Origin: an uncultured Methanospirillum sp.
Lineage (GTDB): Archaea > Halobacteriota > Methanomicrobia > Methanomicrobiales > Methanospirillaceae
Length of the DNA: 64,000 nt
Direction: 5' to 3'
Assembly: GCA_964637135.1 (NCBI GenBank)
Contig: CAZWTX010000001.1
Location: 124,001 to 188,000 of the forward strand
Part shown: one piece after another, positions 48,019 through 58,982 of the stretch
How positions within the stretch are numbered: position 1 is the first letter of the stretch
How the letters are laid out: the number at the start of each line of letters is the position of its first letter
The notes under the pieces: generated by a model
What the model saw: the letters and a program-made list of their open reading frames with translations, nothing else
Told to the model about the DNA's origin: nothing
The model's database searches: none
Made by a program: the position numbers and the translations under genes

Positions 48019-49497
48019 ATGCCAAGAAAACAGAAGATAGACCTGAGAAGTATCGCCTGGGACGCCATGCAGCGATACGGGTTCTCCCCCCGGTTTCCAA
48101 AATCGGTGCTCAGGGAAACCGACCGGAAAACTCCTCCCGATATCTCACGAAGCATGAGAGGAGTTACCAATCTCACCCATCTCCTCTGGTCTTCGATTGA
48201 CAATGCAGACTCGGAAGACCTGGACCAGATTGAGTACTGCGAGAAGGGTCCAAACGGCGAGATCCATGTCAAGGTGGCAATTGCTGATGTCGATCTCTAC
48301 GTGCCGCGGGGTACGGTAACCGACCGCCATGCATCCCATAATACAACTTCAGTCTATACCGGCATCGTGACCTTTCCGATGCTCCCCGATCACCTCTCCA
48401 AGGGGATTTCATCCCTTCTTCCCGGGAACACCTGTCCTGCCATCGTCATCGGATACACCGTCCTTACGGACGGAACTATTCGGTTTGATGGAATTAGCCA
48501 GGCTCTTGTCCTGAACAAGGCCAAAATGGTCTACGAGGAAGTCGGCGAATGGCTTCTCGGAACCAGCCCTGAACCGGCGTATATCACCCGCACCCCCGGG
48601 CTCCGGGAACAGGTACAGCTGCAGAACGAAGCGGCGTCACGCCTCCGTACCAGACGGCGGCAGCAAGGGGCCCTCGATCTTGAGACCCTTGAGGCCGAGG
48701 TTATCAGGGATGGAGATGTCGTCGTGGACATCGTGGTCCAGCGTCCGAACCCTGCCCGGTTCATCATCGAGGAGTTCATGGTCGCTGCCAATCAGACCGT
48801 TGTCCATGCCCTCAATGAAGCACACGTACCCATGATCCATCGGGTGGTCCGGCTCCCGAAGTACTGGGAGGAGATCCGGCTCGTCGCTGCACGGTACGGA
48901 GAAACTCTCCCCGCAGATCCCGATGCCCGGGCTCTCTCGGCATTTCTCACGACACGGCGACAGGCAGATCCCGAACGGTTCACCGATCTCTCCCTTACCG
49001 TCGTCAAACTGATGGGATCGGGAGAATACGTTGCATACATGCCGGGGAAAATTCCCATCGGTCATTTTGCCCTTGCCGTGACTGATTATACTCATTCAAC
49101 CGCTCCGAACCGGCGGTACCCGGACCTCATCATCCAGCGGATTCTCAAGGCGGTTCTAACCGGGAAGAAGAGCCCGTACCACATGCGGGAACTTGAAGAA
49201 CTGGCTGAATGGATATCAGAGCGGGAGAAAGATGCGAAAAAAGTCGAACGGTTCATGCTGAAGTCGTCTGCCGCGATGCTCCTCATGGATCGGATCGGAG
49301 AGGAATTTGAGGCAATCGTTACCGGTGCATCTGAAAAGGGGGTCTATGCCCGCCTCCTCCCCATCCCGGTTGAAGGCCGGATCACCCTTCATGAACGCGG
49401 ACTGAAGGTAGGCGAGAAGATCATGGTCCGGCTGATGAAAACCGATCCGTTCAATGGTCATATCGATCTCGATCGGATCAAAAGCGCCCACCCCTGA
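48019..49497 (+). CDS. RNB-domain exoribonuclease (RNase II/R family)
   Basis: SIDNADSEDLDQ, VAIADV, IEEFMVAAN, HFAL...YTHSTAPNRRYPD, C-terminal S1-like domain. Confidence 0.92.
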   Translation: MPRKQKIDLRSIAWDAMQRYGFSPRFPKSVLRETDRKTPPDISRSMRGVTNLTHLLWSSIDNADSEDLDQIEYCEKGPNGEIHVKVAIADVDLYVPRGTVTDRHASHNTTSVYTGIVTFPMLPDHLSKGISSLLPGNTCPAIVIGYTVLTDGTIRFDGISQALVLNKAKMVYEEVGEWLLGTSPEPAYITRTPGLREQVQLQNEAASRLRTRRRQQGALDLETLEAEVIRDGDVVVDIVVQRPNPARFIIEEFMVAANQTVVHALNEAHVPMIHRVVRLPKYWEEIRLVAARYGETLPADPDARALSAFLTTRRQADPERFTDLSLTVVKLMGSGEYVAYMPGKIPIGHFALAVTDYTHSTAPNRRYPDLIIQRILKAVLTGKKSPYHMRELEELAEWISEREKDAKKVERFMLKSSAAMLLMDRIGEEFEAIVTGASEKGVYARLLPIPVEGRITLHERGLKVGEKIMVRLMKTDPFNGHIDLDRIKSAHP

Positions 49498-49716
49498 CCG
49501 GTACACAGAGGGTAACCGGAAGATTCCACCCCTCTCCCTTCCTCATGATGCAAGGTATGCAGAAACGGCTGTGGTACCGGTGATCGTCCGGCTGGAGAAA
49601 ACCTTCCCTCCCGCTTTGCCATGCGCCGGGGTTGTTCAGGCCTGTATTGGAGAGAGCCGGGGCTACATGATCAGGTTAATGGGATCAGGCGCCAATCATC
49701 ACGCAGGGGTGATCTG

Positions 49717-49869
49717 ATGACTACCCATGCATACATTCCCGACCCGGCCATTGTCGCAGCATTCCACCAGCCCATAACCGACGACGCAGGTATCCTGTTC
49801 TCCACCATCCTCGCTATCCTGCTTCTCCTCCTGATCTGGAAACACTTCCACCCACATCAGTACTCCTGA
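49717..49869 (+). CDS. Candidate 50-aa single-TM protein
   Basis: GGGGTGA upstream; ILFSTILAILLLLLIWK; T-rich tract downstream. Confidence 0.45.
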   Translation: MTTHAYIPDPAIVAAFHQPITDDAGILFSTILAILLLLLIWKHFHPHQYS

Positions 49870-50010
49870 TGTCTTGCCGGCAGGATTTCCTTCTTTTTTT
49901 GAAACCCCCAGATATTCATCGCCGGGTCAGAAAATGGGCGATCAGGTACCGGGAGAGGAACAGCTTTTCACCTTTTATTACTGGTGAGATCATATGGATC
50001 AGGGATTATT

Positions 50011-50640
50011 GTGGGGATTAAGGAATGGCTGATTCCTCAGGATCGGATTTTTTACGACCTTTTTGAAAAACAGGCCGGTTTAATTGTATCTGCGGCACAG
50101 GAACTCGAACAACTTGTGCACGGTGAGACAGATTCCCAAACCTCGTACCGGAAAATCCGTGATCTTGAACACCAGGGTGATCTCATCACCCATGAACTCT
50201 ATGAATACCTGAATCGCACCTTCATCACCCCGCTCGACCCGATGGAAATCTCACGGCTCGGTTCATCTCTTGATGATATCCTCGACTACATCGATGACTC
50301 CGCGGAAAAGATCGTCAATTACTCGGTCACTGAATTCGACCGCCCGATGCAGGATATGGCACAGCTCATCCGCCTGAGCGCGGTCCAGATTGAAGGGATG
50401 GTCAGGTATATCAGGAATATCCGCTCAGGTAACCAGATTATCACCTGTGCAATCGAGATTAACCGGCTGGAAAATGTTGCCGATGATGTCCTCACGAAAG
50501 CTATCTATACGCTTTTCCAGACGCAGGATGCCACGACCATCATCAAGCTCAAGGATATCTACGAGTGCATGGAGACGGCGACAGACAAATGTGAGGACGT
50601 GGCGAATGTCCTTTCAGATATCGGGATTCGCCACACGTGA
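50011..50640 (+). CDS. DUF47/PhoU-like phosphate transport regulator
   Basis: LEHQGD, TFITPLD, LDDILD, LENVAD, ETATDKCEDVA. Confidence 0.92.
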   Translation: MGIKEWLIPQDRIFYDLFEKQAGLIVSAAQELEQLVHGETDSQTSYRKIRDLEHQGDLITHELYEYLNRTFITPLDPMEISRLGSSLDDILDYIDDSAEKIVNYSVTEFDRPMQDMAQLIRLSAVQIEGMVRYIRNIRSGNQIITCAIEINRLENVADDVLTKAIYTLFQTQDATTIIKLKDIYECMETATDKCEDVANVLSDIGIRHT

Positions 50641-50645
50641 TTCAG

Positions 50646-51830
50646 ATGGAACCGGTCCTTATTTTTGGTATTATCGTTGCTCTTCTTTTTAATTTTCTGA
50701 ACGGCCTTCACGATGCCGCAAATTCGATCTCCACGATTGTTGCGACCCGCGTGCTGACTCCCCTTCAGGCAGTCATCCTTGCCGCGTTCTTCAACCTGAT
50801 CGGACCCCTCTTTCTCACGACAGCGATTGCAAAAACGATCGGAAAGGGGATCATCGCTCCCGGCTGGCTCACCCTGGATGTTATCATCATCGGGATCCTG
50901 ATGGCATCGCTCTGGATCTACCTGACGGCATACATCGGCATTCCGATCTCTTCCACCCATGCGATGGTCGGGGGGCTGATCGGTGCCGCGGTTGCGTACG
51001 GGGGAATCGGGGTGGTCATTCTTCCCCAGGTAGACCTCATCGGAAAACTCATCCTCTTCGGGCTTTTGGGAAGTGTTTGTGGTGCGGTGTTGCTTGCGGG
51101 GATTGCAAAGTATAAACACGAACCAGAGATCAGCGGATATGCCGGAATAGGGGCATTCTTCGGATTTGTATTTGCAATCCCGATCGGGATCATCACCCAG
51201 ATTCTGCCGATCAGCGGGCTTCTCGGGATCATTCTCTTCATTGTTATATCCCCCTCCCTCGGATTTGCCGGTGCGTTTCTCATCGGATGTCTCGTCATCC
51301 GCTTCTGCAGGAATGCAGAACAGAAACGGATGAACCGGATCTTTAACCGGCTGCAGATCGTCTCTGCTTCCTTTTACAGTATCGGCCACGGAAGCAATGA
51401 TGCACAGCATGCAATGGGTATTATCACCGCGATGCTCGTGACTGCCGGGGTGCTCTCCGATTTTCATGTCCCGGTATGGGTCATTCTCCTCTCCAGTGCC
51501 GCGATATCCCTCGGGACCCTCACCGGCGGCTGGCGGATCGTCCAGACGATGGCGAAACGGATCACCCACCTGCGGCCATACCAGGGATTCTGTGCCGAGA
51601 GCGGGGGCGGTCTCGTCCTCCTCTTCGTGACCTTCTTTGGGGTGCCGGTATCCAGTACCCATGCCATCAGCGGATGCATCATGGGGGTCGGGGCAACCCA
51701 GGGTAGTTCCGCCGTCCAGTGGTCTGTTGTCCGCCGGATCGTCACGGCCTGGATCATCACCATCCCGCTGACGGCGGTCTGTTCCTGGATAGGGTACCTT
51801 CTGATCGGCAGCATCTGGCCGCTCTCCTGA
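50646..51830 (+). CDS. Inorganic phosphate transporter (PiT family)
   Basis: NGLHDAANSI, PISSTH, HGSNDAQ, PVSSTH. Confidence 0.93.
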   Translation: MEPVLIFGIIVALLFNFLNGLHDAANSISTIVATRVLTPLQAVILAAFFNLIGPLFLTTAIAKTIGKGIIAPGWLTLDVIIIGILMASLWIYLTAYIGIPISSTHAMVGGLIGAAVAYGGIGVVILPQVDLIGKLILFGLLGSVCGAVLLAGIAKYKHEPEISGYAGIGAFFGFVFAIPIGIITQILPISGLLGIILFIVISPSLGFAGAFLIGCLVIRFCRNAEQKRMNRIFNRLQIVSASFYSIGHGSNDAQHAMGIITAMLVTAGVLSDFHVPVWVILLSSAAISLGTLTGGWRIVQTMAKRITHLRPYQGFCAESGGGLVLLFVTFFGVPVSSTHAISGCIMGVGATQGSSAVQWSVVRRIVTAWIITIPLTAVCSWIGYLLIGSIWPLS

Positions 51831-51908
51831 AAGGAATTGGATATTATTTATTAAATTAAATTTATCACACCGAAGTGTTCATATATTTGGGTTTACTACG
51901 TTCTTCAC

Positions 51909-52727
51909 ATGAAAATTGCACACCGATTGTATCTGAATGTGTTTCTTATTGCTCTGGCGTTCTGTCTTATGCTCTGCGTAGCCGGAGTAAGTGCAGAAAA
52001 GACCGTATCTGGTGACATCACTGCATTTACCGCTGCATCCCTTACCGGTGCTTCGGAAGAACTCAACGAAGCCTTCACCGGTATCAATCCGGATGCAAAG
52101 GTAATCTTTAACCTCGCGGGAACCCAGGATCTGAAGACACAGGTAGAAAATGGTGCAAAGTCGGATGTATTCATCTCTGCCAGCGCCAAATATACCAAGG
52201 AATTAAAAGATAAAGGATTCTTTGTCAATGAGACGGTTAAGGATCTCTGTACTAACTGGATCATTGTCATTACCCCGAAAGAAAATCCCGGTGAAATATC
52301 TGAACTTGCTGATCTGGCAAAAGACGGTATAAAGATTGCAATGGGAACAGAGGATGTGCCGGTCGGCATGAATACCCGGAAAGTGATCGACAAGATCGCT
52401 AATGATACCGGATTCGGCCAGGAATGGAAGGATGCTGTTATGAAGAACACGGTCACCCTTGAGACCGCTGAACCAAGTGTTGTCGAGAAAACGAAACTGG
52501 GCGAAGTTGATGCAGGATTTGTTTACGAATCCTCATACATGGCTTCTGCAGATGAACTGAACGCCGTTGTTATTCCTGAATCGTTCAACGAAATCCAGAA
52601 ATACAGCATCGCAGTCCTCACAGAAGCGCCGAACGCAGATGGAGCAACAGCATTTGAAGAATTCATGCTGAACAGTACCGGTGGCCAGGCGATTCTTGAA
52701 GAATATGGCTTTACCCCGGTAGCCTGA
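51909..52727 (+). CDS. modA: Molybdate/tungstate ABC substrate-binding protein
   Basis: AASL, QVENGA..DVFISA, VPVG, GEVDAGFVYES. Confidence 0.9.
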   Translation: MKIAHRLYLNVFLIALAFCLMLCVAGVSAEKTVSGDITAFTAASLTGASEELNEAFTGINPDAKVIFNLAGTQDLKTQVENGAKSDVFISASAKYTKELKDKGFFVNETVKDLCTNWIIVITPKENPGEISELADLAKDGIKIAMGTEDVPVGMNTRKVIDKIANDTGFGQEWKDAVMKNTVTLETAEPSVVEKTKLGEVDAGFVYESSYMASADELNAVVIPESFNEIQKYSIAVLTEAPNADGATAFEEFMLNSTGGQAILEEYGFTPVA

Positions 52728-52736
52728 ACTTTTTTT

Positions 52737-53552
52737 ATGCATTCACGGGACAGGAGAGAGAACAGGAAAAAAGGTCTCTTCTATCTCCTGGCCTTTGTCT
52801 GCCTTGTTGTCCTTCTCCTGTACCTTGTTCTCCCGCTCATTGCCCTGTTTCTCCGAACCACACCGGAACACCTTATCATCTCCCTACAGGAACCGATCGT
52901 TATCCAGTCACTGGTTCTCAGCCTGATTACAACCACTATTTCAACAATCCTCATTCTCCTGATCGGAACCCCGGTGGGATACATCCAGAGCAGATACTCC
53001 TACCCGGGGAGACAGGTAATCGACACCCTCATTGATCTCCCTCTCGTTCTTCCTCCCGCTGTTGCCGGTTTTGCCATGCTCCTTCTGTGGGGACGGATGG
53101 GCCTTCTCGGAAAGATGATCGCAGTAACCGGATTTTCAATCCCTTTTACGACCCTGGCGGTTATTATGGCCCAGTTCTTTGTTGCTGCTCCTCTCTACAT
53201 CAGACAGGCCCGGTCCCTCTTTACCCACCTCGATCCTGCCTATGAGGAAGTAGCCTCCACGCTCGGGGCCGGACCATTCCGGGTATTTCTGACGATAACC
53301 CTCCCATTATGTGGATTCGGGTTAATATCAGGAGCAATCATTTCATTTGCCCGGGCACTCGGTGAGTTTGGGGCGACAATCATGTTTGCCGGTAATCTCC
53401 CGGGAGTGACCCAGACGATGCCCCTCGCAATTTACACCGCGATGCAACGTGATTTCGATGCAGCAGTGACGATTTCAATACTTCTGATAGGTATTTCACT
53501 CATTGTGATGCTCATGGTCAGAGTGTTCTCCAGGGATGATGCAGATGCTTGA
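52737..53552 (+). CDS. modB: Molybdate ABC permease
   Basis: LPLVLPPAVAG, FARALGEFGAT, TQTMPLAIY. Confidence 0.92.
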   Translation: MHSRDRRENRKKGLFYLLAFVCLVVLLLYLVLPLIALFLRTTPEHLIISLQEPIVIQSLVLSLITTTISTILILLIGTPVGYIQSRYSYPGRQVIDTLIDLPLVLPPAVAGFAMLLLWGRMGLLGKMIAVTGFSIPFTTLAVIMAQFFVAAPLYIRQARSLFTHLDPAYEEVASTLGAGPFRVFLTITLPLCGFGLISGAIISFARALGEFGATIMFAGNLPGVTQTMPLAIYTAMQRDFDAAVTISILLIGISLIVMLMVRVFSRDDADA

Positions 53553-54198
53553 AGCCAGACTCCAAAGAGAACTGCGGGATTTTATCCTTGATATCTCAAT
53601 AACCGCACGTGAAGGGGAGATCACGATCCTCAAAGGTGAGAACGGTTCGGGGAAAACCACCATTCTCAGATTAATCTCAGGCCTCATGGAACCTGATGCC
53701 GGATATATCAGGATCCGGGATCGGGAAATACTCGATACCAAAAGAGAGATCTGTGTCCCGGTTCAGAACCGAAAGATCGGTTACATCCTTCAGGACTCAA
53801 TGGTTTTTCCCCATATGACCGTCATGGGAAATGTGGTGTATGGGCTCCAGGGATCGGGTCTTTCTGTATCTGATATGAAAAATAAAGCAGAGTTATGGCT
53901 TTCACTGCTGCGTATCACGAGTTTTGCCGGGATTAAAGCGAAAAACCTGTCAGGAGGACAGAAACAGCGTGTAGCACTTGCCAGAGCTCTTGTTACCCGG
54001 CCTGACCTTCTTCTGATGGATGAGCCATTCTCGGGACTTGACCAGGAGACCCGGGAAATCGTACGGATCTGTGTTCAGAAATATGTCCGTGAAAGGAAGA
54101 TCCCCTGCATCCTCGTATCTCACCACGATACCGAGATAACCGGACTCGCCGATAGAATTCTAGAAATTTCAAACGGCAAAATGATTGAAGAGGGGTAA
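53536..54198 (+). CDS. modC: Molybdate ABC ATP-binding protein
   Basis: GENGSGKT, LSGGQKQRVALARAL, DEPF; follows modB. Confidence 0.88.
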   Translation: MMQMLEARLQRELRDFILDISITAREGEITILKGENGSGKTTILRLISGLMEPDAGYIRIRDREILDTKREICVPVQNRKIGYILQDSMVFPHMTVMGNVVYGLQGSGLSVSDMKNKAELWLSLLRITSFAGIKAKNLSGGQKQRVALARALVTRPDLLLMDEPFSGLDQETREIVRICVQKYVRERKIPCILVSHHDTEITGLADRILEISNGKMIEEG

Positions 54199-54311
54199 GC
54201 TCTTTTCAATCCATTACCGGGAACCCTTTTTTTTATTCAGGATTGACGGAATCTTTTTCAAGGTATCATCACCTATTGACCTATGCTTCAGGACGATTCG
54301 GGGGGATACTG

Positions 54312-56822
54312 ATGAAAACCTCGTTCCTTGATTTTAATTCAATACAAAAGAAGATCCTGTTCTTCGGAGGCATTGCACTTCTTCTTGTCGCAGTTGGAAT
54401 AATCGGATACGCAGCGGTTACCTTAAACCAGACGGCGGTCCTTTCGGCACGGGAAGATCTCTCCAGCATTGCCGACCGGGAGAGCGGCCGGGTTCAGGCG
54501 GTTCTGGTAGAGCCCTTTACCACGTCTTCCGCAGCGGCGGCCCAAATGGCAGGCATCCGGGACAAGAACAGCAATTTTCCCCGGGACGATGTCAACTCGA
54601 TGGTATATGGCATTCTCAGGGACCGGCCCCTCTATAACGGGATATACACGATATGGGAACCCGGCGTCTTTGATTCAAAGGATTCCGAGTACAAACTGAA
54701 AGATGGATTTGATAAAACCGGAAGGCTCCGGTATTACTGGTACCGTGACGGATCAGGAAACCTCGTCAGGAAGATGTATGATGCTACCACCGGCGATCCC
54801 GGCAGTTATTACGATCTTCCCCGGGCAAACCTGAAAGGAGCCATCATCGAGCCATACATCGAGACGATGCAGGGTGCCCCGGTCCTTCTCGCTTCCCTGG
54901 TTATCCCGATCATCAGGGATGGCACCTTCAACGGAATTGTAGGGGTTGATGTTGCCCTGCAGGATATCGAGACTATCGCGGATTCACTTGATATCTACCA
55001 GGGGACGGGAAAGATGATCATCCTCAGCAACGGGGGTATCGTGGCCGGTGCCACGGGAGACCTCGATGTCATGGGAAAACCGATAGAAGAGGTCGCACCG
55101 CTCTTTGATCTTGATGCGGGGATGATCAAGGAAGCAGTCAGCGCCGGAAAGCCGATCTCGTTTGAGGATAGTTCCCATCTCGGGGCTATTGTTCCGGTTA
55201 CGATTGGCGATACTGAAACACCCTGGGGAGTTGTGGTCTTCGCCCCGACAAGCGAGGTCACCCATGAAGCAATGATGCAGACGGTTGCGCTGATCCTGAT
55301 CGGCATTCTCATCTCATGCATCGGTATGGGTCTGTTATACATCGTTGCCCGCTCGATTGCCCGGCCGATTGCCGATATTACCGCGGTTTCACTCCTGATC
55401 GCAGAAGGTGATCTCAATACCAGCATCGCCATTGAGCAACAGGATGAGGTCGGCAGACTTGCTGATGCATTCCGGCAGATGCTCGGGTCCCTCAGGGGCA
55501 AGGCAGATGCAGCAGAACAGATCGCCATCGGAAACCTCGCGATAGATGTCCCGGTAGCAAGTGAACGTGACCAGCTCGGTCACTCGATGATCATGATGCG
55601 TGACGCCGTTTCAGCAGTGACGCAGGCGACTAAAGATCTTGCCGAAAATGCCGCTGCAGGGAATCTTTCAATCCGGGGCGATGTAACGAAATTTTCCGGT
55701 GAATTCGCTGCAATCGTCACCGGGTTCAACCGGACGCTTGACAACCTCATCGCCCCGCTCAATGAAGCCATGAACCTGGCCGGCAAATATGCAACGGATA
55801 ATTTCAGTGCCCGGTTTAATCCCACTGTTCCGGTTGCCGGCGACTTTATTCCGTTCAGGGATGCCATGAACGGGATCGGAATCCAGGTCTCTGATACCAT
55901 CAGGGTGATCATCAGCAAGATGGCAGACCTGCAGACAGGAGCCGAACGGGCACAGGTATCTGCTGATGAGGTGGCAAACGGTTCTTCAGAGGTCGCCCGG
56001 TTTGCCGGGGCCGTCTCGGAGAACACCGACCAGGGCAGTGAAGAGATCTCCCAGATCCTCAAGGCAATGGAAGACCTCTCCATGGCCGTTTCAGATATAT
56101 CGGTAAAGACAGAAGGGGTCTCCCGGCTTGCAGAGGAAGGAAACCAGCTCAGCAACGAGGGTGAAGCCCTTGCAAAGACTGCCGGTACAGGTATGGAGGG
56201 TATCCGGGATGCAACCGAGGATATTGCCCGGATGATCCATACCATCAAGGAACAGATGGAGCAGATAACCAGTGCCGTCACCATTATCAGCTCGATTTCT
56301 GACGAAACCAATCTCCTTGCCCTCAATGCCGCCATCGAGGCTGCCCGGGCCGGAGATGCAGGCAAAGGATTCGCCGTGGTCGCTGACGAGGTGAAACAAC
56401 TGGCAACCGAGAGTCACCAGTCGGCAGAAAAGATCGAGGAGATGATTCGCAATCTCAGCCGGGAATCTGCCAATGCAACAAATGTCATGGAAAAAGCACA
56501 GGAACAGGTTCTGAACGGATATGCGGCTGTCCAGCAGACACTCGAGATATTCAACCGGATCGTGACGATGCTCTATGAAATCACGAAGAATGTCAGTGAA
56601 GTCGCGGCAGCCACCGAAGAACAGGCAGCGTCAGTCGAGGAGATAACGGCAAGTATCAATGAAGTGAACGATATGATCCGCAAAACGGCTGAAAACGCGG
56701 TCTCCAGTGCGGCAATCTCGGAGGAATCATCGAGTGCCGTGGACCAGATCCGCCGGGTGATCGAGGAGGTCAACCAGGTGGTAACCATTCTCCAGAAAGA
56801 GATCGATCGGTTCTCGATCTGA
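54312..56822 (+). CDS. Methyl-accepting chemotaxis protein (Cache, HAMP)
   Basis: TNLLALNAAIEAARAGDAGKGFAVVADEV; two TM helices flanking a Cache-like domain. Confidence 0.95.
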   Translation: MKTSFLDFNSIQKKILFFGGIALLLVAVGIIGYAAVTLNQTAVLSAREDLSSIADRESGRVQAVLVEPFTTSSAAAAQMAGIRDKNSNFPRDDVNSMVYGILRDRPLYNGIYTIWEPGVFDSKDSEYKLKDGFDKTGRLRYYWYRDGSGNLVRKMYDATTGDPGSYYDLPRANLKGAIIEPYIETMQGAPVLLASLVIPIIRDGTFNGIVGVDVALQDIETIADSLDIYQGTGKMIILSNGGIVAGATGDLDVMGKPIEEVAPLFDLDAGMIKEAVSAGKPISFEDSSHLGAIVPVTIGDTETPWGVVVFAPTSEVTHEAMMQTVALILIGILISCIGMGLLYIVARSIARPIADITAVSLLIAEGDLNTSIAIEQQDEVGRLADAFRQMLGSLRGKADAAEQIAIGNLAIDVPVASERDQLGHSMIMMRDAVSAVTQATKDLAENAAAGNLSIRGDVTKFSGEFAAIVTGFNRTLDNLIAPLNEAMNLAGKYATDNFSARFNPTVPVAGDFIPFRDAMNGIGIQVSDTIRVIISKMADLQTGAERAQVSADEVANGSSEVARFAGAVSENTDQGSEEISQILKAMEDLSMAVSDISVKTEGVSRLAEEGNQLSNEGEALAKTAGTGMEGIRDATEDIARMIHTIKEQMEQITSAVTIISSISDETNLLALNAAIEAARAGDAGKGFAVVADEVKQLATESHQSAEKIEEMIRNLSRESANATNVMEKAQEQVLNGYAAVQQTLEIFNRIVTMLYEITKNVSEVAAATEEQAASVEEITASINEVNDMIRKTAENAVSSAAISEESSSAVDQIRRVIEEVNQVVTILQKEIDRFSI

Positions 56823-56830
56823 CCAGAGTC

Positions 56831-58921
56831 ATGACCGGGGGGACAGAAATACCGGAAAACAATCGGCAGTACCGGCACTATCTCCGGATATACGGACCCT
56901 ATATTCTCCTTTTCCTCCTGGTATTCGCCATAGTTGCCATCCCGGTCTACCAGGTTCTGATCCTCACCCCGCACATCTCCCCGGTACCGGGTATTCCGGG
57001 TGAGTATACCCCACTCTCCCTTACCACTACCGAGCGTGCCTGGATCGGGAGCCACCCGGTGATCCGGGTCTGTCCGGATGTGAATTACCCCCCGTTTGAA
57101 GTATATACAAAGACCGGGGGATACGAGGGAATATCCGCAGAACTGCTTCGTGAGATTGCAGACATCACTGGGTTCACCCTCGTGGTCGTGCATGAGAACG
57201 ACTGGGGCAGATGCGTTCAGAATGTCGCTTCAGGCGATGCAGATATTCTCGGTGCCGTCTACATATCAGATCTCAGGGATGAGTACCTCAGTTACTCGCT
57301 CCCGTACTACCACTCCACCCTTCCGATCATCACCCGTGATTCGGTACAAGGAGAGATCACCCTCGATGATCTCACCGGAAAGAGCGTCGCTTCAGTGACC
57401 GGGTATACGACAACGCTCCTCATCAGGGAGAAATATCCCCAGATAAACCTCGTGGAAGTTCCCGACACGAAGACCGGGCTTGAAAAAGTATCTTTTGGCT
57501 CGGTTGACGCCTTCTTCGGTGACCTGGCGGCCTCGACCTACTATGTCGGAGCCGAAGGACTCAGCAATCTCAGGGTAGCAGGCCGATACATCCCTCCCGA
57601 AGAAGAAAAAAATGCCTACAGTTACGCGTTCGGCGTCCGCAAAGATTACCCTGAACTGGTCTCCATCCTGAACAAGGGACTTCAGGCGATTCCAAAAGAG
57701 AGACGAAACGAGATCTTCCGTTCCTGGATCTCACCGACCCTGACGAGGCCGGATCTCACCGGGACATTAACCATCCTCATCGCCGGTTCGACCGGTATCC
57801 TGGTTTTCATCCTTCTTATCGTCATTCTCTGGAACCGGACACTGAACCGTGCCATTGAAGAGAAGACCCGCGAGATCACCTCCAAAATGGAAGAACTTAA
57901 TCAAACCGCCGGACAACTGAAACTCACCCGGTTCAGTGTTGACCAGAACCATGCCATGATCTTCTGGATTGATCAGGATGGCAGGATCAGGGACATGAAC
58001 GCTACGGCCATCCGGATAACCGGGTATACCCGGGAAGACCTCCTCACACTCAACGTCCTGGGACCGGATACCCCCATGGATCCGGAAACCATCAGGACGA
58101 TCATGACCCGGATTCCTTCCCGTGAACCGATCAGTATGGAAGGAGAACTCAGAATCCGTGATGGAACCCTTCCCGTTCATCTCTACCTCTACTCCTTCAC
58201 CTTTGAAGGGGAAGAATGGTTCTGTGCCGAACTGAATGATCTCAGCAACTGGAAACTGGCTGAACACCGTATAGAGGAGAGCGAACAGAAATACCGGGAC
58301 CTGTTCAGAAACGTGAACGATGTCATCATCGTCTTTGATCTCGGTTCAGACCGGCAGCCCGGGCAGATCATCGAAGTGAACGACCCGGCAGAGACCCTTC
58401 TCGGGTATACCCGGGAAGAACTTCTCACCAGGCGATTCACTGATCTCGACGGGAAGAACGAAATTTCCCTGGCCACTGCCCTGCAGGCATGTATTGATAC
58501 CAGTTGTACCTTTGAATGGACCCTGGTGTCATCTGCGGGGAGGGAGATCCCGGTCGAAGTCCGTCTCCATTTCTACCAGCAGGATGCGGATGAATTCGGG
58601 TTTGCCCTCATCAGGGATATCACCGAACGCAAGGCACACGAGATCCAACGGGAAGCTGCGATCAGGCAGATTCAGAAGAACCTCACCGAACTGTCCCTCC
58701 TGAACGATGGGATCCGCAATCCCCTGACAATCATCCTGAGCATCGCTGAAAATCTCTGCCCGGATGGATTTGCCGCCATTTCCAAACAGATTGACCGGAT
58801 CGACGAGGTGATCAACACCCTGGACAACCGGTGGAACGAATCTGAAAAGATCCTCACATACCTGCGTAAATATTACAACATCAGGGTCTCCGAACCGGAT
58901 CCCGATCAGAAGAAGCCCTGA
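56831..58921 (+). CDS. Sensor with extracellular solute-binding domain, PAS x2 and a degenerate HisKA-like tail
   Basis: YPPFE, LDDLTGK, LNKGL; PAS motifs GYTREELL; C-terminal LNDGIRNPL with no HATPase domain. Confidence 0.85.
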   Translation: MTGGTEIPENNRQYRHYLRIYGPYILLFLLVFAIVAIPVYQVLILTPHISPVPGIPGEYTPLSLTTTERAWIGSHPVIRVCPDVNYPPFEVYTKTGGYEGISAELLREIADITGFTLVVVHENDWGRCVQNVASGDADILGAVYISDLRDEYLSYSLPYYHSTLPIITRDSVQGEITLDDLTGKSVASVTGYTTTLLIREKYPQINLVEVPDTKTGLEKVSFGSVDAFFGDLAASTYYVGAEGLSNLRVAGRYIPPEEEKNAYSYAFGVRKDYPELVSILNKGLQAIPKERRNEIFRSWISPTLTRPDLTGTLTILIAGSTGILVFILLIVILWNRTLNRAIEEKTREITSKMEELNQTAGQLKLTRFSVDQNHAMIFWIDQDGRIRDMNATAIRITGYTREDLLTLNVLGPDTPMDPETIRTIMTRIPSREPISMEGELRIRDGTLPVHLYLYSFTFEGEEWFCAELNDLSNWKLAEHRIEESEQKYRDLFRNVNDVIIVFDLGSDRQPGQIIEVNDPAETLLGYTREELLTRRFTDLDGKNEISLATALQACIDTSCTFEWTLVSSAGREIPVEVRLHFYQQDADEFGFALIRDITERKAHEIQREAAIRQIQKNLTELSLLNDGIRNPLTIILSIAENLCPDGFAAISKQIDRIDEVINTLDNRWNESEKILTYLRKYYNIRVSEPDPDQKKP

Positions 58922-58982
58922 TACCGGCATGGATTCCGGCCGATATCAGAATGCATATTGCGTTCCCGGGAGACAGGTACGC

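Noticed and set aside
50559..51662. Long antisense ORFs (e.g. 50559-51662, 2926-3822, 28469-29257, 55580-56365)
   Set aside because: Shadow frames opposite well-supported genes in GC-rich coding sequence.
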